Positions 49,085 through 59,934 of a stretch of DNA of 64,000 nucleotides are shown in pieces (position 1 is the stretch's first letter; each line of letters begins with the position of its first letter). The notes under the pieces were generated by a model. It did no database searches. It had not been told where the DNA came from and saw nothing but the letters and a program-made list of their open reading frames with translations. The DNA lies in NCBI GenBank assembly GCA_965214605.1, contig OZ243961.1, forward strand, positions 2,080,001-2,144,000, read 5' to 3'. Origin of the DNA: an uncultured Candidatus Binatia bacterium (GTDB taxonomy: Bacteria; Desulfobacterota; Binatia; Bin18). The translations under genes and the position numbers were made by a program.

Positions 49085-49137
49085 AAGGTGGACAGACAGC
49101 GAGAGGAGTAATGCTCAGTCCCTTCTGGCAAGATGTC

Positions 49138-50583
49138 CTAGGCGGGTGGTGAGGCGCTCTTCCCAGTCATCTGACGTCGGGTGCGCATGGTCCGAAAAAA
49201 ATCTTTGCCTTCTTGCCACATCCGTTTTCGTTCTTCGGAATCAGTGGCCATCTTTTTAACGGCTTTCAAGATGTAGCGGGGACGCAGATAGTAGGAGGTG
49301 TAAAACCGCTCCACCGTCGAGAATATCTCCTCGCTCGACAGATGGGGATAATTCATCACACATTTTTGATAGCCCGTCTCGTCAACCATGTCTTCCGGTT
49401 TGATGAAGCCGTGCTCCACAGCGTGGTCGTAGAAGGCGGTACCGGGATAGGGCGAAGCTAAGGAGACCTGAATCGTCTCGGGGGCCATTTCTCGGGCAAA
49501 ACGCATGGTCTCTTGCATAGTTTCCCGCGTCTCACCGGGTAGGCCCAAGATAAACGTACCGTGAATCAAAATACCAAGCTTATGGCAGTCTTTGGTAAAG
49601 CGCCGTGCGGTTTCGAGCGCAACGCCTTTTTTAATGTTCTTCAGAATCTGGGCGTTGCCGGACTCATAGCCAATAACAAACAGGCGTAGTCCGCCCTCCT
49701 TCATGATCTTGAGCGTTTCGTAGTCAACATTCGCTCGCGAGTTTGTCGACCAACAGAGGCCCAGCGGTTTGAGTCGCCGGGCGATCTCCCGCGCCCGCTT
49801 GGGGTTGGCCGTAAAGGTGTCATCGTCAAAGAAAATCTCCTTCATACCCGGAAACAGACGGACCATTTCCCGGACCTCTGCAATGACATTGTCCACCGAG
49901 CGGGTCCGATACGCGTGACCAGTAGTGACCTGAGGCCACAGGCAGAAGGTACAGCGCGCCGGGCAACCACGGCCGGTATACAGGGACACATACGGGTACT
50001 GGCAGTAGGGGCTATTATACTTCCGGAAGTCCAGATCCCGGGCATAAATAGAGGTCACAAAAGGCAGACGGTCCAACTCCTCGCTGGTCAGCGGCGTCCG
50101 ATCGAGATTGTGCACAATCTGCCCATTCTTTCGATAGCTAATACCTCGAATCTGACCCCAGTCCAGGCCCTCGGCAACCTCTTTCATCGACCAGTCAAAC
50201 TCTTTGCGAGCAGCGATATCAATGGCTGTGGACGCTTGCAGGGTCTGGGCGGGCATGGAGGTTGGATGGCCGCCCACAAAAGCGACGACCGCCCCCGGAT
50301 TGCCGTCCTTGATCATCTCCGCGGTTTGCACATCCATTTTGAACGAGGGGGTACTGGTATGCAGGACAACGAAGTCATACGCCTTGGCAATCTCCACGCT
50401 CTGCGCTTGATTGAGCCCCTCAGGTGGAGCATCAAGCACACGGCTATTTTGAATCATACCAGCCGGATAACACAGCCAAGTTGGATACCAGAAGGACCAC
50501 ACCTCCCGCGTTGCCTGATACCGAGATCCCGCCCCACCGTCGAAGTTGTCGTAAGCCGGGGGGTTTAAGAACAACGTACGCAT
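49138..50583 (-). CDS. hpnJ: Hopanoid-associated radical SAM protein
   Basis: LFLNPP..NFDGGAGSRYQATRE..SFWYPTWL, CPARCTFCLWPQ. Confidence 0.92.
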   Translation of the reverse strand: MRTLFLNPPAYDNFDGGAGSRYQATREVWSFWYPTWLCYPAGMIQNSRVLDAPPEGLNQAQSVEIAKAYDFVVLHTSTPSFKMDVQTAEMIKDGNPGAVVAFVGGHPTSMPAQTLQASTAIDIAARKEFDWSMKEVAEGLDWGQIRGISYRKNGQIVHNLDRTPLTSEELDRLPFVTSIYARDLDFRKYNSPYCQYPYVSLYTGRGCPARCTFCLWPQVTTGHAYRTRSVDNVIAEVREMVRLFPGMKEIFFDDDTFTANPKRAREIARRLKPLGLCWSTNSRANVDYETLKIMKEGGLRLFVIGYESGNAQILKNIKKGVALETARRFTKDCHKLGILIHGTFILGLPGETRETMQETMRFAREMAPETIQVSLASPYPGTAFYDHAVEHGFIKPEDMVDETGYQKCVMNYPHLSSEEIFSTVERFYTSYYLRPRYILKAVKKMATDSEERKRMWQEGKDFFRTMRTRRQMTGKSASPPA

Positions 50584-50676
50584 TCCCTTCTCCTTACCTC
50601 ATCTGCATCCAAGTCGCCCCCTTACATAACAAAGAACGGACAGCCGGCATAGGGGGCGACGGCACAGCCCGACCGC

Positions 50677-51714
50677 CTAGGGCAGTGTCTCGGGTAGCAC
50701 CGGAGGAGGCTCCTCAGCCCGCCAGGCATAGCCGGCGCGTGTCAAGAAAACCAGACCGATCCCGTTATAGACCGCCTCCCGCGCCCGTTTCAGAACCATC
50801 AGGGCCAGCCCAGCCCCGACATCGATCCCGAGCATACGGCTCAAAAAGACCCCCGCGGTCTCTCTGACGCCCAGCGCACCGGGAATCACCAGAGCCGCAG
50901 CGGTCATAGGTTGCACCATGGATTCGATAATCAGCGCCTCGACCGGACTGACCCGTATACCGATCAGGGTAAAGATAACCCAGATTTCGACCGCTCCCAG
51001 CAACCAGCCCAACAGGTGGTACAGGGTTGCGGCGAGAAAGATATGCGGATTTCTGTCGTACAGCTGGCGCAACTGGGCATCGATACGCCGGGCCCCGGCT
51101 TGCCAGCGTTGCAGGGCGGACCAGGTTGGAAACCAGCGCCCCAGACCGCGAACAAGCTTTTCCATCAGACCGCGCCGCTGCCAATGGATCAGACCCAGGA
51201 CAAAGCCGTAGGAGACCGCCATTAGCAGACCCATCACCCACCAGCTGTGCAGCCCCCAGCCAAGGCGGAACAGAAAAAACGGCAGACCTATAAGAATAAA
51301 GATGACTTGAGACACGGTCAGCGCGGTTTTAGCCGCCACAACCGAGGCCATGCCCACCTCGGAACGAATCCCACGCCGGCGTAACAAGTAGACCTTGAAG
51401 GCTTCGCCGCCGATAGAGGCGGTCGGGGTGAGGTTATTGACCGACTCTCCAGCAATCCGGCTCAGCGAGAAATACCACAGCGGGATGGGGCGAACAGAGG
51501 CGTCTTGAGGAACTAGCCACGCCCAGCCTTTGGCGTCACATGCGGCAATAGCGGCGTAGGGCAGGAGCACGATTGGGGCGAACCAACCCAGCCGAACCAT
51601 GTAGCTGACAACATCAGACAGCCCTATCGTCCATGCCAAGACGCCGAGGAGGCCCAGGCCAACAGACACGGACAACAGTTGGATGCCACGGTGTTTGCTA
51701 GTGCTAATGGTCAT
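50677..51714 (-). CDS. Flippase-like / LPG-synthase TM protein (HpnL-like)
   Basis: GESVNNLTPTASIGGE, IPGALGVRE, KRARE; multi-TM; upstream of hpnJ. Confidence 0.8.
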   Translation of the reverse strand: MTISTSKHRGIQLLSVSVGLGLLGVLAWTIGLSDVVSYMVRLGWFAPIVLLPYAAIAACDAKGWAWLVPQDASVRPIPLWYFSLSRIAGESVNNLTPTASIGGEAFKVYLLRRRGIRSEVGMASVVAAKTALTVSQVIFILIGLPFFLFRLGWGLHSWWVMGLLMAVSYGFVLGLIHWQRRGLMEKLVRGLGRWFPTWSALQRWQAGARRIDAQLRQLYDRNPHIFLAATLYHLLGWLLGAVEIWVIFTLIGIRVSPVEALIIESMVQPMTAAALVIPGALGVRETAGVFLSRMLGIDVGAGLALMVLKRAREAVYNGIGLVFLTRAGYAWRAEEPPPVLPETLP

Positions 51715-52308
51715 GCGGGCGGGAGACTCATCAGGGCCGACTTAGGAATCTTGAGACTCCAAGCCCGCTAATTTTCGGAGCGCCGTACTCAATACGCCCC
51801 AGTCGTGAGGTCTCCGCGCACGTGCATGTCGGCAGCCACAGGGGCTGACACCGCTCAATAGCATCGGGTGAACAGGCCGGACAAATCCACCGCTTGGCCG
51901 CGGCCTCGGGACGACAAAAAACAGGCGCAGCAATGGAATGCATCCCTTTGGTTCGATAATGTCGGTCGAGTTCTTGGCCGATATCGGGCGACACCGTGCT
52001 CATATCAAACCTGGAGTTGCCTGGCGCAAGGCCAGCCAGCACGCCGAGGGGGATCGCCCGCAATGCGGCGTTATCGGCCAGAATGCTAAGCACAATCCCA
52101 TGTTGCTCGGCCAGGGACCAAGGCGTAGCCGCTCGTGTTGCACCACCCAAGCTGTCAGCCCGAGCGACTGTTCGATTGAAAACCGACGGGGAATGATCCG
52201 CCTGGGGCGAATGCTGGGCCAGCGGCAGCCCCATGTTGTCCGCACCAATAAGACCGTGCATAAGGAAAGACTACTCAAAAAGCTCAACAATAAAAACACG
52301 GCCCAACT

Positions 52309-52698
52309 TTATTGCAACGCAGTTGGCTCACTCAGGGTGAACTCGGCAATCTGCGCGTCAAACCGCTCTCCTCCGGTAGTCACCATTTGATACGTCCCAT
52401 GCATCGAGCCAAAGGGAGTCGGCAGGGGACAGCCCGAGGTGTATTCAAACGACTGGCCCGGACTGAGGACGGGCTGCTCACCAACCACTCCCGGACCTTT
52501 GACTTCTTCTACATGGCCGGTTGCGTCGGTAATAATCCAGTGGCGGGAGAGTAACTGGGCAGTCTCTTTGCTCTCGTTTGAAATCCGGACCGTGTATAGA
52601 AAGAACCACCGATTCAGCTGCGGCATAGATCGGCTGGGATCATACTGGGTCGTTACACGGACCCGAATACCTTTTGTCATTGCTTCAGATCTCGCCAC
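52309..52698 (-). CDS. apaG: ApaG protein
   Basis: QLLSRHWIITD, GPGVVGEQP, FEYTSGCPL.TPFGSM.G.Y. Confidence 0.95.
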   Translation of the reverse strand: MARSEAMTKGIRVRVTTQYDPSRSMPQLNRWFFLYTVRISNESKETAQLLSRHWIITDATGHVEEVKGPGVVGEQPVLSPGQSFEYTSGCPLPTPFGSMHGTYQMVTTGGERFDAQIAEFTLSEPTALQ

Positions 52699-52769
52699 AA
52701 CTCACCTCTTTGCTCGGAGACACTCCCGTTTCATAGCAGCTTAGCGGCTTGTCTGGGAGAGGGGAAACT

Positions 52770-53189
52770 TCAGGTCTTTAGTTGGGCCGCAATGGCCTGG
52801 GCCAGGCGAGCCCCGTCCTCAGTGCGCAATGAGCCAGCCGACCAGTCAATCCCAAGCCCAGACCCGTCAGAGAATTTCGGGATGATATGAAAATGCACGT
52901 GCATGACGGCTTGGTGGGCACTGCCGCCGTTGTTCTGGAGGACATTAAAATCCCGAGCTCCAGTCACCCGTAGCACTGCTCGACTCAGCCGTGGCAAGAC
53001 CCGCCCCAGGGCAGCCGCGGAGTCGTCCGACAACTGATCGAGCGTCTCAGCAGACTCTTTGGGAATGACCAAGGTATGACCTGTGCTGAGCGGACCGATA
53101 TCCAGAAAAGCCAAGACCTTCTCATCCTCGTACACCCGATGACAGGGAATTTCTCCGGCGATAATCCGTGTAAAAATCGTGTCAGGCAT
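52770..53189 (-). CDS. HIT-family hydrolase
   Basis: IF.RIIAGEIP, GHTLVIPK, HVHFHIIP. Confidence 0.93.
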   Translation of the reverse strand: MPDTIFTRIIAGEIPCHRVYEDEKVLAFLDIGPLSTGHTLVIPKESAETLDQLSDDSAAALGRVLPRLSRAVLRVTGARDFNVLQNNGGSAHQAVMHVHFHIIPKFSDGSGLGIDWSAGSLRTEDGARLAQAIAAQLKT

Positions 53190-53192
53190 GGG

Positions 53193-53570
53193 TCAAGAGT
53201 AACCTAAGCTCTCAGAGCAAACCAGCCCCAGACGTATCACGGGGCGAATAACCGTGCCGTTGGGAAACTCCAGGCTCGTCAGCACCCTCACAGACTTAAC
53301 CGTCCGGCGCAAGCCACAACAGGCTCGCCGGCTTGGGCTCTTCGCCGCCAAACAAATCGTACCCAAGATGACCGATGTAAGCCCGCCCTTGGGCATCCGC
53401 CATCATATCGTTGGTATTGCCAACCGCCAGGCTACTCAGGTCAGCGACGGGGGTAAGGCCGTCCCGATCGAGGCGGAGCGGCTGACGGTTTTGTATAGCA
53501 ACAATGAAGAGGCGACCATCGGGTAAAAAACCGAGCCCTGAAGGTCGTTCCGCCACCTCGGCCCCCCCAC
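53193..53570 (-). pseudogene. SMP-30/gluconolactonase fragment
   Basis: PSGLGFLPDG, NDMMADAQGRAYIG, then a frameshift to LEFPNGTVI; both termini missing. Confidence 0.7.
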
Positions 53571-53716
53571 GTGCATTGCCAGACCGATCAACCGTCAGGA
53601 CCTAACCGGCAAATAAATCCGAAAACGACAACTTGCTGTCGCACCACTGCGGACCCTCTCAGAAGACCTGGCCGTCAGGCAGAATTTCGGGGCGTACCAT
53701 GCAGTTTCTCCTTTGC

Positions 53717-54514
53717 TCAACGCCCCCGAAAAACCGGCCGGCGCTTTTCCATAAACGCGGCCACGCCCTCTCTATGGTCCTCCGTCTGGCCGCAGCGAAG
53801 ATGCGTCTCGGCCTCGCGGTCTAGCATCGTCCGAAAATCGACCGTGGGAGAGGCGTTAATATTGGCCTTCATATAGCGGTAGCTGACCAGCGGGCCCGAG
53901 GCGATACGCTCGGCGATCGCCATGGCCTCTTCCATCAGCATCTCATGCGGGAAAACCCGATTCACCAGGCCGAGGGTGTGGGCCTCTTGGGCTGAAATCA
54001 TATCTGGGAGAAAGAACAGCTCTTTGGCCTTGGCCTGGCCGACCAGATGCGTCAGTTGCCACGTCGTCCCATAATCTCCTCCGTAGCCAACCCGCGCATA
54101 CGCTGTGCCAAACCGTGCCCGCTCAGACGCCAAGCGCAGATCACACGACAAGGCCAGGCCCAGCCCAGCACCGGCCGTCGGCCCGTTCACGACCGCGAGA
54201 ACCACCTTAGGATAGCTGTACAGCAGCCAGGGTAGGCTATGACTCTGGCGCAGTTGATCAATCTTGTCTTCCAGAGTTGAGGTTTTCCCTCCGATTTCAG
54301 TGCCTTTGTGCATAGCCGCAACATCCCCGCCGGCACAGAATCCGCGACCGGCGCCGGTCAGGATCACCGCCCCCACGTCCTGGTCATGCCTCCATTCTTG
54401 AAGCGTCGCTACCCCAATGTCACCCATTTGGCGGGTCAGGGCATTCAGTTTGTCCGGACGGTTCAAGGTCAGAACGCCGACGCGATTTTTAACACTCACT
54501 TCTATCTCCGCCAT
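53717..54514 (-). CDS. Enoyl-CoA hydratase/isomerase
   Basis: LNRPDKLNAL, FCAGGD, AGAGLGLALSCD, DHREGVAAF; AGGAGG RBS. Confidence 0.93.
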   Translation of the reverse strand: MAEIEVSVKNRVGVLTLNRPDKLNALTRQMGDIGVATLQEWRHDQDVGAVILTGAGRGFCAGGDVAAMHKGTEIGGKTSTLEDKIDQLRQSHSLPWLLYSYPKVVLAVVNGPTAGAGLGLALSCDLRLASERARFGTAYARVGYGGDYGTTWQLTHLVGQAKAKELFFLPDMISAQEAHTLGLVNRVFPHEMLMEEAMAIAERIASGPLVSYRYMKANINASPTVDFRTMLDREAETHLRCGQTEDHREGVAAFMEKRRPVFRGR

Positions 54515-54622
54515 TCCCTTAACCTCCTTACATGCGAGACGACACACCAAACGCTTGCACTCTAGCGTGTTTTGCGCATAAAGGAAAAGTGCGCAACGGA
54601 GAAAGTCAATAAGGAGGCTCCT

Positions 54623-55249
54623 ATGACTGCTGTTGATTCCCACCGTATTTCGACCGTGGACGAACTTCGAACCATTATTGGCCTGCCCGGCGACCTCGTG
54701 CCCCACAAGCTGTGGACAGCTCTGGACGAAACCTGCGTTGATTTTATTCAGCGCTCACCCTTTTTACTGCTGGCCACCTCCGACGCTGAGGGCGACATAG
54801 ACGTTTCGCCCAAAGGCGACGGCCCCGGCTTTGTTGCCGTAGAAGGTGAAACGACACTGCTCATTCCAGACCGCAGCGGCAACAAGCTAGTCTTTGGCCT
54901 GCAAAATATTCTGGCCAACCCACACGTTGGGCTGATCTTTCTCATTCCCGGCACGGGCGAAACGCTGCGGGTCAACGGCACGGCAGAATTGACCAACGAC
55001 CCGGCCATTCTCGAGCGCCTATCGGCCCGGGGTAAACCGGCCGTTGTTGCCATCCGGGTCAACATCAAAGAAGTCTTTTACCACTGCGCCAAGGCATTTC
55101 TGCGGGCCCAGCTGTGGAAGTCCGAAACCTGGCCGGAAAAGAAAAAACTGTCATTTGGCAAAATCCTGGCCGGCAAAATTGGCGGCAACGACAAGATGGC
55201 CGAGCAGATTGATCAATTTGTGGAGCAGGACTATAAGACGAATTTATAG
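54623..55249 (+). CDS. Pyridoxamine 5'-phosphate oxidase-like FMN-binding protein (MSMEG_1061 type)
   Basis: DVSPKGDGPGFV, PDRSGN, ETLRVNG, HCAKAFLR. Confidence 0.88.
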   Translation: MTAVDSHRISTVDELRTIIGLPGDLVPHKLWTALDETCVDFIQRSPFLLLATSDAEGDIDVSPKGDGPGFVAVEGETTLLIPDRSGNKLVFGLQNILANPHVGLIFLIPGTGETLRVNGTAELTNDPAILERLSARGKPAVVAIRVNIKEVFYHCAKAFLRAQLWKSETWPEKKKLSFGKILAGKIGGNDKMAEQIDQFVEQDYKTNL

Positions 55250-55290
55250 AACTGGCCTGGGCGAGAATTCCTCACAAGAAGAAAGCGTCA

Positions 55291-55872
55291 ATGCGCAGTC
55301 ACTTCTTTGCCTACCTGTCGCGTATGAAATTCATCCGTCGCTGGGGACTGATGCACAGCACCTACCCGGAGAACATCCAGGAACACAGTTCCCAGGTGGC
55401 GCTGGTGGCCCATGCTCTGGCCATCATTCACAACCGAGTGTTTTCTGGTCGGGTCAACCCTGACCGGGTGGCGACCCTGGCTCTGTATCATGATGCTGGT
55501 GAGGTCCTGACCGGCGATCTGCCCACCCCGGTGAAATACTTCAACCCCGATATCAAGACCGCCTATCGTGCCATTGAACAGACCGCCAATATGAAGCTGC
55601 TGAGTATGGTCCCGGTCGAACTCCAAGCGGATTATCAGGCCTTCTTTCAGCCCCAGGCAGCGGATGCCCGCTGCCTCGCACTGGTCAAGGCAGCCGATAA
55701 ACTGTGCGCCTACATGAAATGCGTTCAAGAGGTCAGCGTGGGCAACAAAGAGTTCAGCCAAGCCGAAAAGACACTTAGAGCGGCGGTGGAAAGCCTGCAG
55801 GTCCCCGAAGTACGCTATTTCCTCGACACCTTCGCGCCGAGTTTTAAGCTGACCCTCGACGAACTCAACTAA
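55291..55872 (+). CDS. yfbR: 5'-deoxynucleotidase (HD family)
   Basis: SHFFAYLSRMKFIRRWGLM, ENIQEHS, YHD..E.LTGDLPTPVKY, KAADKLCAY. Confidence 0.92.
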   Translation: MRSHFFAYLSRMKFIRRWGLMHSTYPENIQEHSSQVALVAHALAIIHNRVFSGRVNPDRVATLALYHDAGEVLTGDLPTPVKYFNPDIKTAYRAIEQTANMKLLSMVPVELQADYQAFFQPQAADARCLALVKAADKLCAYMKCVQEVSVGNKEFSQAEKTLRAAVESLQVPEVRYFLDTFAPSFKLTLDELN

Positions 55873-56416
55873 GCTTGCCAAGCAGGATGTCTTGCAGGCT
55901 ATAGCGGTCCTGGAACTCGACCAGCGCCGTCTCAAACGCGGAATCTAGGTCGGCGCTCAGGTTGGTGTTCGACACGGTCCGCTTGAGGTGCGAAATCCAG
56001 TCCTGCCACTCGGCGCGCTGATCGTCATCTTGGGGGAGGGTAGTGGTATAGTGAGTTGTACAGTCGGCGCTCAGGAAAATTACGGCCAAGCGCTCCTGGC
56101 GGGGTAATTTATCCAACAGCGCGACATCCGCGGCCCGGCGCGGGTTCAGGAAGAACACCCCGGCTTTTGTCTCACCGAAGCTCGGGTACAACTGATAGGC
56201 AATGGCCGCCAGCCACACGCCCTGGCCACTCTGCCAGGTACACAGAGACACAGCGAGCGGAAGATCCGTCTCCACAAACCATTCTAGCTCCTCAACCCGA
56301 ACGACGAGAGCCAGTTCGTCGGTCCCGTCTCGATCAAGGAAGCGGACCGAATACAAGGGTTCGTCCTGAAGCAGTAGCCAACTGTCTCGGCTGATCACAA
56401 CGCCCGTTTTCTCCAT
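55865..56416 (-). CDS. Hypothetical protein
   Basis: 183-aa ORF with GAGGAAGG RBS and globular composition; no recognised motif. Confidence 0.55.
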   Translation of the reverse strand: MEKTGVVISRDSWLLLQDEPLYSVRFLDRDGTDELALVVRVEELEWFVETDLPLAVSLCTWQSGQGVWLAAIAYQLYPSFGETKAGVFFLNPRRAADVALLDKLPRQERLAVIFLSADCTTHYTTTLPQDDDQRAEWQDWISHLKRTVSNTNLSADLDSAFETALVEFQDRYSLQDILLGKLS

Positions 56417-56903
56417 TGGTGGGCCTTCCTCTATCCTTTTTGAGCGCTCTCGATCATGTATCCGGGAAAGAAGGAGTACAGCATAGGGCCAACGCGGCAA
56501 TCCTTACCATTGGCTCGGCACTCTTGCCAGGCCGGATCGTGGACACGAACTCGGCCTGGGATGGCCGGACGTCTGACCGACATCGGGGTCAATCTTTTTA
56601 CAAGACGATTGTGGACGATAAGCCGGATCAGACAAAAGTTGTCTCGAAGGGCTGATTGCCAGCAGCCTACCGGCACCGCACCGGCTCTTAGTCGGCAGAC
56701 ATGGTGAAAGCGACTGAACCGCTTGCTCGCCCGAGTCGTCCGGATACGCGCCAGCAGCGATCTCGGCTTGGCGATCTCCTCCCTGCCTGATCGAGCCGAT
56801 AGGTCTGAAAATCCAGCCCGAGGTTGGACATTCTTAGCCACAACCGCAAACATTTTAGAATCCGCCCCTATACTACGGAGGCCAGACCGGACTCGGCTGA
56901 GCT

Positions 56904-57911
56904 TTAACCTCCCGTTCTTGGCACATGTGGCTCCGTCAGGGGGCGTGAGCGGACCGCTTCCAAAAGATTGGCCAGCTTACGGGCCGCACTGCGGCCAGGC
57001 TGCTGCGCCCAGCGAGTGGCAACACCGCCTTTTCCTCCCACAGCTGTGAGTCCGATCCGGCCAAGCTCATGGCGCAGCTCAGCGACGGCCCAGACAATTT
57101 CCTGCTCTGCTCGTTGTAAGCCGAGCATTCGATTTGCTTGGAGATACTGGTAGTGATCAGCAATTGCCGCCTCCAGCCGGTCAAGATTCATGTTACTCAG
57201 GGCGCTGACGGCCAGAACAGGAGTTGACCAGCCAGATGCATCCGAGCGTGGTTCAATCGCTAAAGCGGACCTGACCTCAGCGACGGCTCTATCGGCCAAG
57301 GCCGCATCGTCGGCCTTATTGACGGCTAAGATATCCGGAATTTCCATCACTCCGGCTTTGATAAACTGTAGCACATCACCGGAAAAGGGCTGAACGACCA
57401 CCACTACGGTATCGGCAATATTGGCAATGTCGGTCTCACTCTGCCCAACTCCGACCGTTTCGACCAAGACGACATCACAGATATGACGCAGTAAAAAAAC
57501 GGCAAAAAACGCCTCTCGGCTTAAACCACCCAGCCGGTCACGAGCGGCAAAGCTGCGGACATATACCGTGGCCGCGGGCGGAATTTGCATCCGGCTGCGG
57601 TCGCCCAACAACGCCCCCCCAGAAACCTTGCTTGATGGATCAACTGCAACGACGCCAAGCCGACACTTGGCTTGGACGGATCGCGCAATCAGACGCGCAA
57701 TCAGTGAGCTTTTGCCAACCCCAGGCGGACCGGTCATCCCGACCACCTGGGCCGGGGCCGACAGAGCCGCTATGTCGTCAAGCAGAGCCAGGGCGTGTTC
57801 TTGGCGCTCGGGGCGATGATCTTCGAGCAGGTTGAGCGCAGCCGCTATTGCTTTTCGTTCAAAATTCAGGAGGGCTTGAAGGTCGATGGCACGGACAGGA
57901 GGAATGGGCAT
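56904..57911 (-). CDS. meaB: MeaB/ArgK GTPase chaperone of B12 mutases
   Basis: GPPGVGKSS, VDPSS..SGGALLGDR, ETVGVGQSE, NKAD. Confidence 0.92.
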   Translation of the reverse strand: MPIPPVRAIDLQALLNFERKAIAAALNLLEDHRPERQEHALALLDDIAALSAPAQVVGMTGPPGVGKSSLIARLIARSVQAKCRLGVVAVDPSSKVSGGALLGDRSRMQIPPAATVYVRSFAARDRLGGLSREAFFAVFLLRHICDVVLVETVGVGQSETDIANIADTVVVVVQPFSGDVLQFIKAGVMEIPDILAVNKADDAALADRAVAEVRSALAIEPRSDASGWSTPVLAVSALSNMNLDRLEAAIADHYQYLQANRMLGLQRAEQEIVWAVAELRHELGRIGLTAVGGKGGVATRWAQQPGRSAARKLANLLEAVRSRPLTEPHVPRTGG

Positions 57912-57917
57912 ATATGT

Positions 57918-59894
57918 CTACCAACCCGCCTCTTCGGCCATCTCGACCATATCCGACACAATTTGGACCATATCAAAGTCTTTCGGCGTATACACACGTG
58001 CCACTCCGGCTCGACATAGGGACTCGGCGTCATCCTCGGGAATAATCCCGCCCACCACAACCGGCACGTGGCCGAGCCCTTCGGCTTTGAGGCCGTTGAG
58101 GATTTCCGGGACCAAGCGCAGATGTGATCCAGATAAGACGCTCAGACCAATGATATGCACGCCTTCATCGCGGGCACTAGCGACGATTTGGTCTGGGGTG
58201 AGTCGAATCCCTTCATACACCACTTCCATACCCGCATCCCGACACCACACCGCGACCTGCTCGGCGCCGTTGGAATGGCCGTCCAGACCGGGCTTGCCGA
58301 CCAAGACTCTAAGCGGCCGACCCAGTACCTCGGCCGAACGGCAGACACGCGTGCGGACGGCTTCCAGCGGATCGGCCTTGGTCCCCTCGACCCGATGCGC
58401 GACCGGAGCCATGCCAACGCCGGTCGGAGCCCGGAATACGCCAAAGACCTCCCGCAGTATGCTCGTCCACTCACCAGTTGTGACTCCAGCATGGGCACAC
58501 CGAATCGAGGCAGGCATAATGTTCGCCCCGCCGCTCGCGGCATCGGATAAACCGGTCAGCGCAGCCTCCACCTCAGCCTGGCTCCGAGCCTTCCGAAACG
58601 CGCTCAAGCGCTCGATTTGATCTCGTTCAGCCGCTTCGTCAACCTTAAGAATAGCGGAGGACTCACCATTATACAGCGGCGACGGTGCGGTCTCAGTGAA
58701 GGCGTTCACCCCAACGACGAGCTGCTCCTTGGCATTAACCCGTCGCACACGCTCGGTATGGCTGGCTACTAGCTGCTCCTTGACAGAATCCAGGGCCGCG
58801 ATCACCCCACCCATGTCCAACACGCGCTCAAGCTCTTGGCAGGCCGCGGCTTTCATGGCGTCGGTCTTACTTTCAATGACCGTGCTGCCCTCAAAGATAT
58901 CCCCGTACTCAAGGATATCGGTCTCAAAGGCCAAGATTTGTTGAATCCGCAGACTCCACTGCTGGTCCCACGGCCGGGGCAAGCCCAGAGCCTCATTCCA
59001 GGTCGGCAGCTGCATGGCCCGGCAACGAGCGTCTTTGCTGAGGGTAACGCCCAAGGCTTCTAAGACGATGCGAGGGACGTTGTTCTCAGGCTGCGCCTCC
59101 GTCAGACCCAAAGAATTGACCTGCACGCCGTAGCGAAAACGGCGCAGCTTTGGTTCCGTGACCCCGTAGCGGTCACGGGCCACGGCATTCCACAACTGCC
59201 CAAAGGCGCGCAATTTACAGACCTCCTCAATGAACCGGACGCTGGCGTTGACAAAGAAACTCATCCGGCCAACCGCCGCAGCCAGCTGATCGGCGCCGAG
59301 TTGATCAGAATCGCGCACCGTATCAAGAATAGCAATCGCCGTACTGAGCGCATACGCAACCTCCTGGACCGGCGTCGCTCCGGCTTCCTGTAGATGGTAG
59401 GAACAGACATTGACCGGGTTCCATTTGGGAACGTGGGCCACGGTGTAGGTGATGATATCGCTGATCAGACGCAAGCTGGGCTGGGGCGGAAAAATATACG
59501 TCCCGCGTGACAGATATTCCTTGACAATGTCGTTCTGGGTCGTACCCTGGAGCGCGGTCTGAGCTATGCCGCGACGCTCGGCCAGAGCTATATACAGCGC
59601 TAACAGCCAGGCAGCCGTGGCGTTGATTGTCATCGAGGTATTCATCTGCCCGAGCGGGATTTCATAGAACAGCGTCTCCATATCGTCCAAATGGCAGATC
59701 GGTACGCCAACTTTTCCGACCTCACCTCGGGCCAGACTATGATCGCTGTCATAGCCGGTTTGGGTCGGTAGATCGAAGGCGACCGACAGGCCGGTCTGGC
59801 CCTTGCTCAGGTTCAGACGATACAGTTCATTACTGGCCTTTGCCGTTGAGTGACCGGAGTAAGTGCGCATGACCCAGGGTTTGTCTCGTTGCAT
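57918..59894 (-). CDS. ecm: Ethylmalonyl-CoA mutase (MeaA/Ecm)
   Basis: DKPWVMRTYSGHS, GLSVAFDLPTQTGYD, LGLPRPWDQQWSLR, GLDGHSNGAEQ. Confidence 0.88.
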   Translation of the reverse strand: MQRDKPWVMRTYSGHSTAKASNELYRLNLSKGQTGLSVAFDLPTQTGYDSDHSLARGEVGKVGVPICHLDDMETLFYEIPLGQMNTSMTINATAAWLLALYIALAERRGIAQTALQGTTQNDIVKEYLSRGTYIFPPQPSLRLISDIITYTVAHVPKWNPVNVCSYHLQEAGATPVQEVAYALSTAIAILDTVRDSDQLGADQLAAAVGRMSFFVNASVRFIEEVCKLRAFGQLWNAVARDRYGVTEPKLRRFRYGVQVNSLGLTEAQPENNVPRIVLEALGVTLSKDARCRAMQLPTWNEALGLPRPWDQQWSLRIQQILAFETDILEYGDIFEGSTVIESKTDAMKAAACQELERVLDMGGVIAALDSVKEQLVASHTERVRRVNAKEQLVVGVNAFTETAPSPLYNGESSAILKVDEAAERDQIERLSAFRKARSQAEVEAALTGLSDAASGGANIMPASIRCAHAGVTTGEWTSILREVFGVFRAPTGVGMAPVAHRVEGTKADPLEAVRTRVCRSAEVLGRPLRVLVGKPGLDGHSNGAEQVAVWCRDAGMEVVYEGIRLTPDQIVASARDEGVHIIGLSVLSGSHLRLVPEILNGLKAEGLGHVPVVVGGIIPEDDAESLCRAGVARVYTPKDFDMVQIVSDMVEMAEEAGW

Positions 59895-59934
59895 TCGTGG
59901 GTGTCCTTGAGGGTGTTCGAAGAGGAGTGGGGCT

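Noticed and set aside
51731-52299. ORFs between the hpnL-like gene and apaG
   Set aside because: Overlapping ORFs on both strands with no motif or convincing RBS
56431-56900. ORFs or ncRNA downstream of meaB
   Set aside because: No recognisable protein motif or RNA family signature
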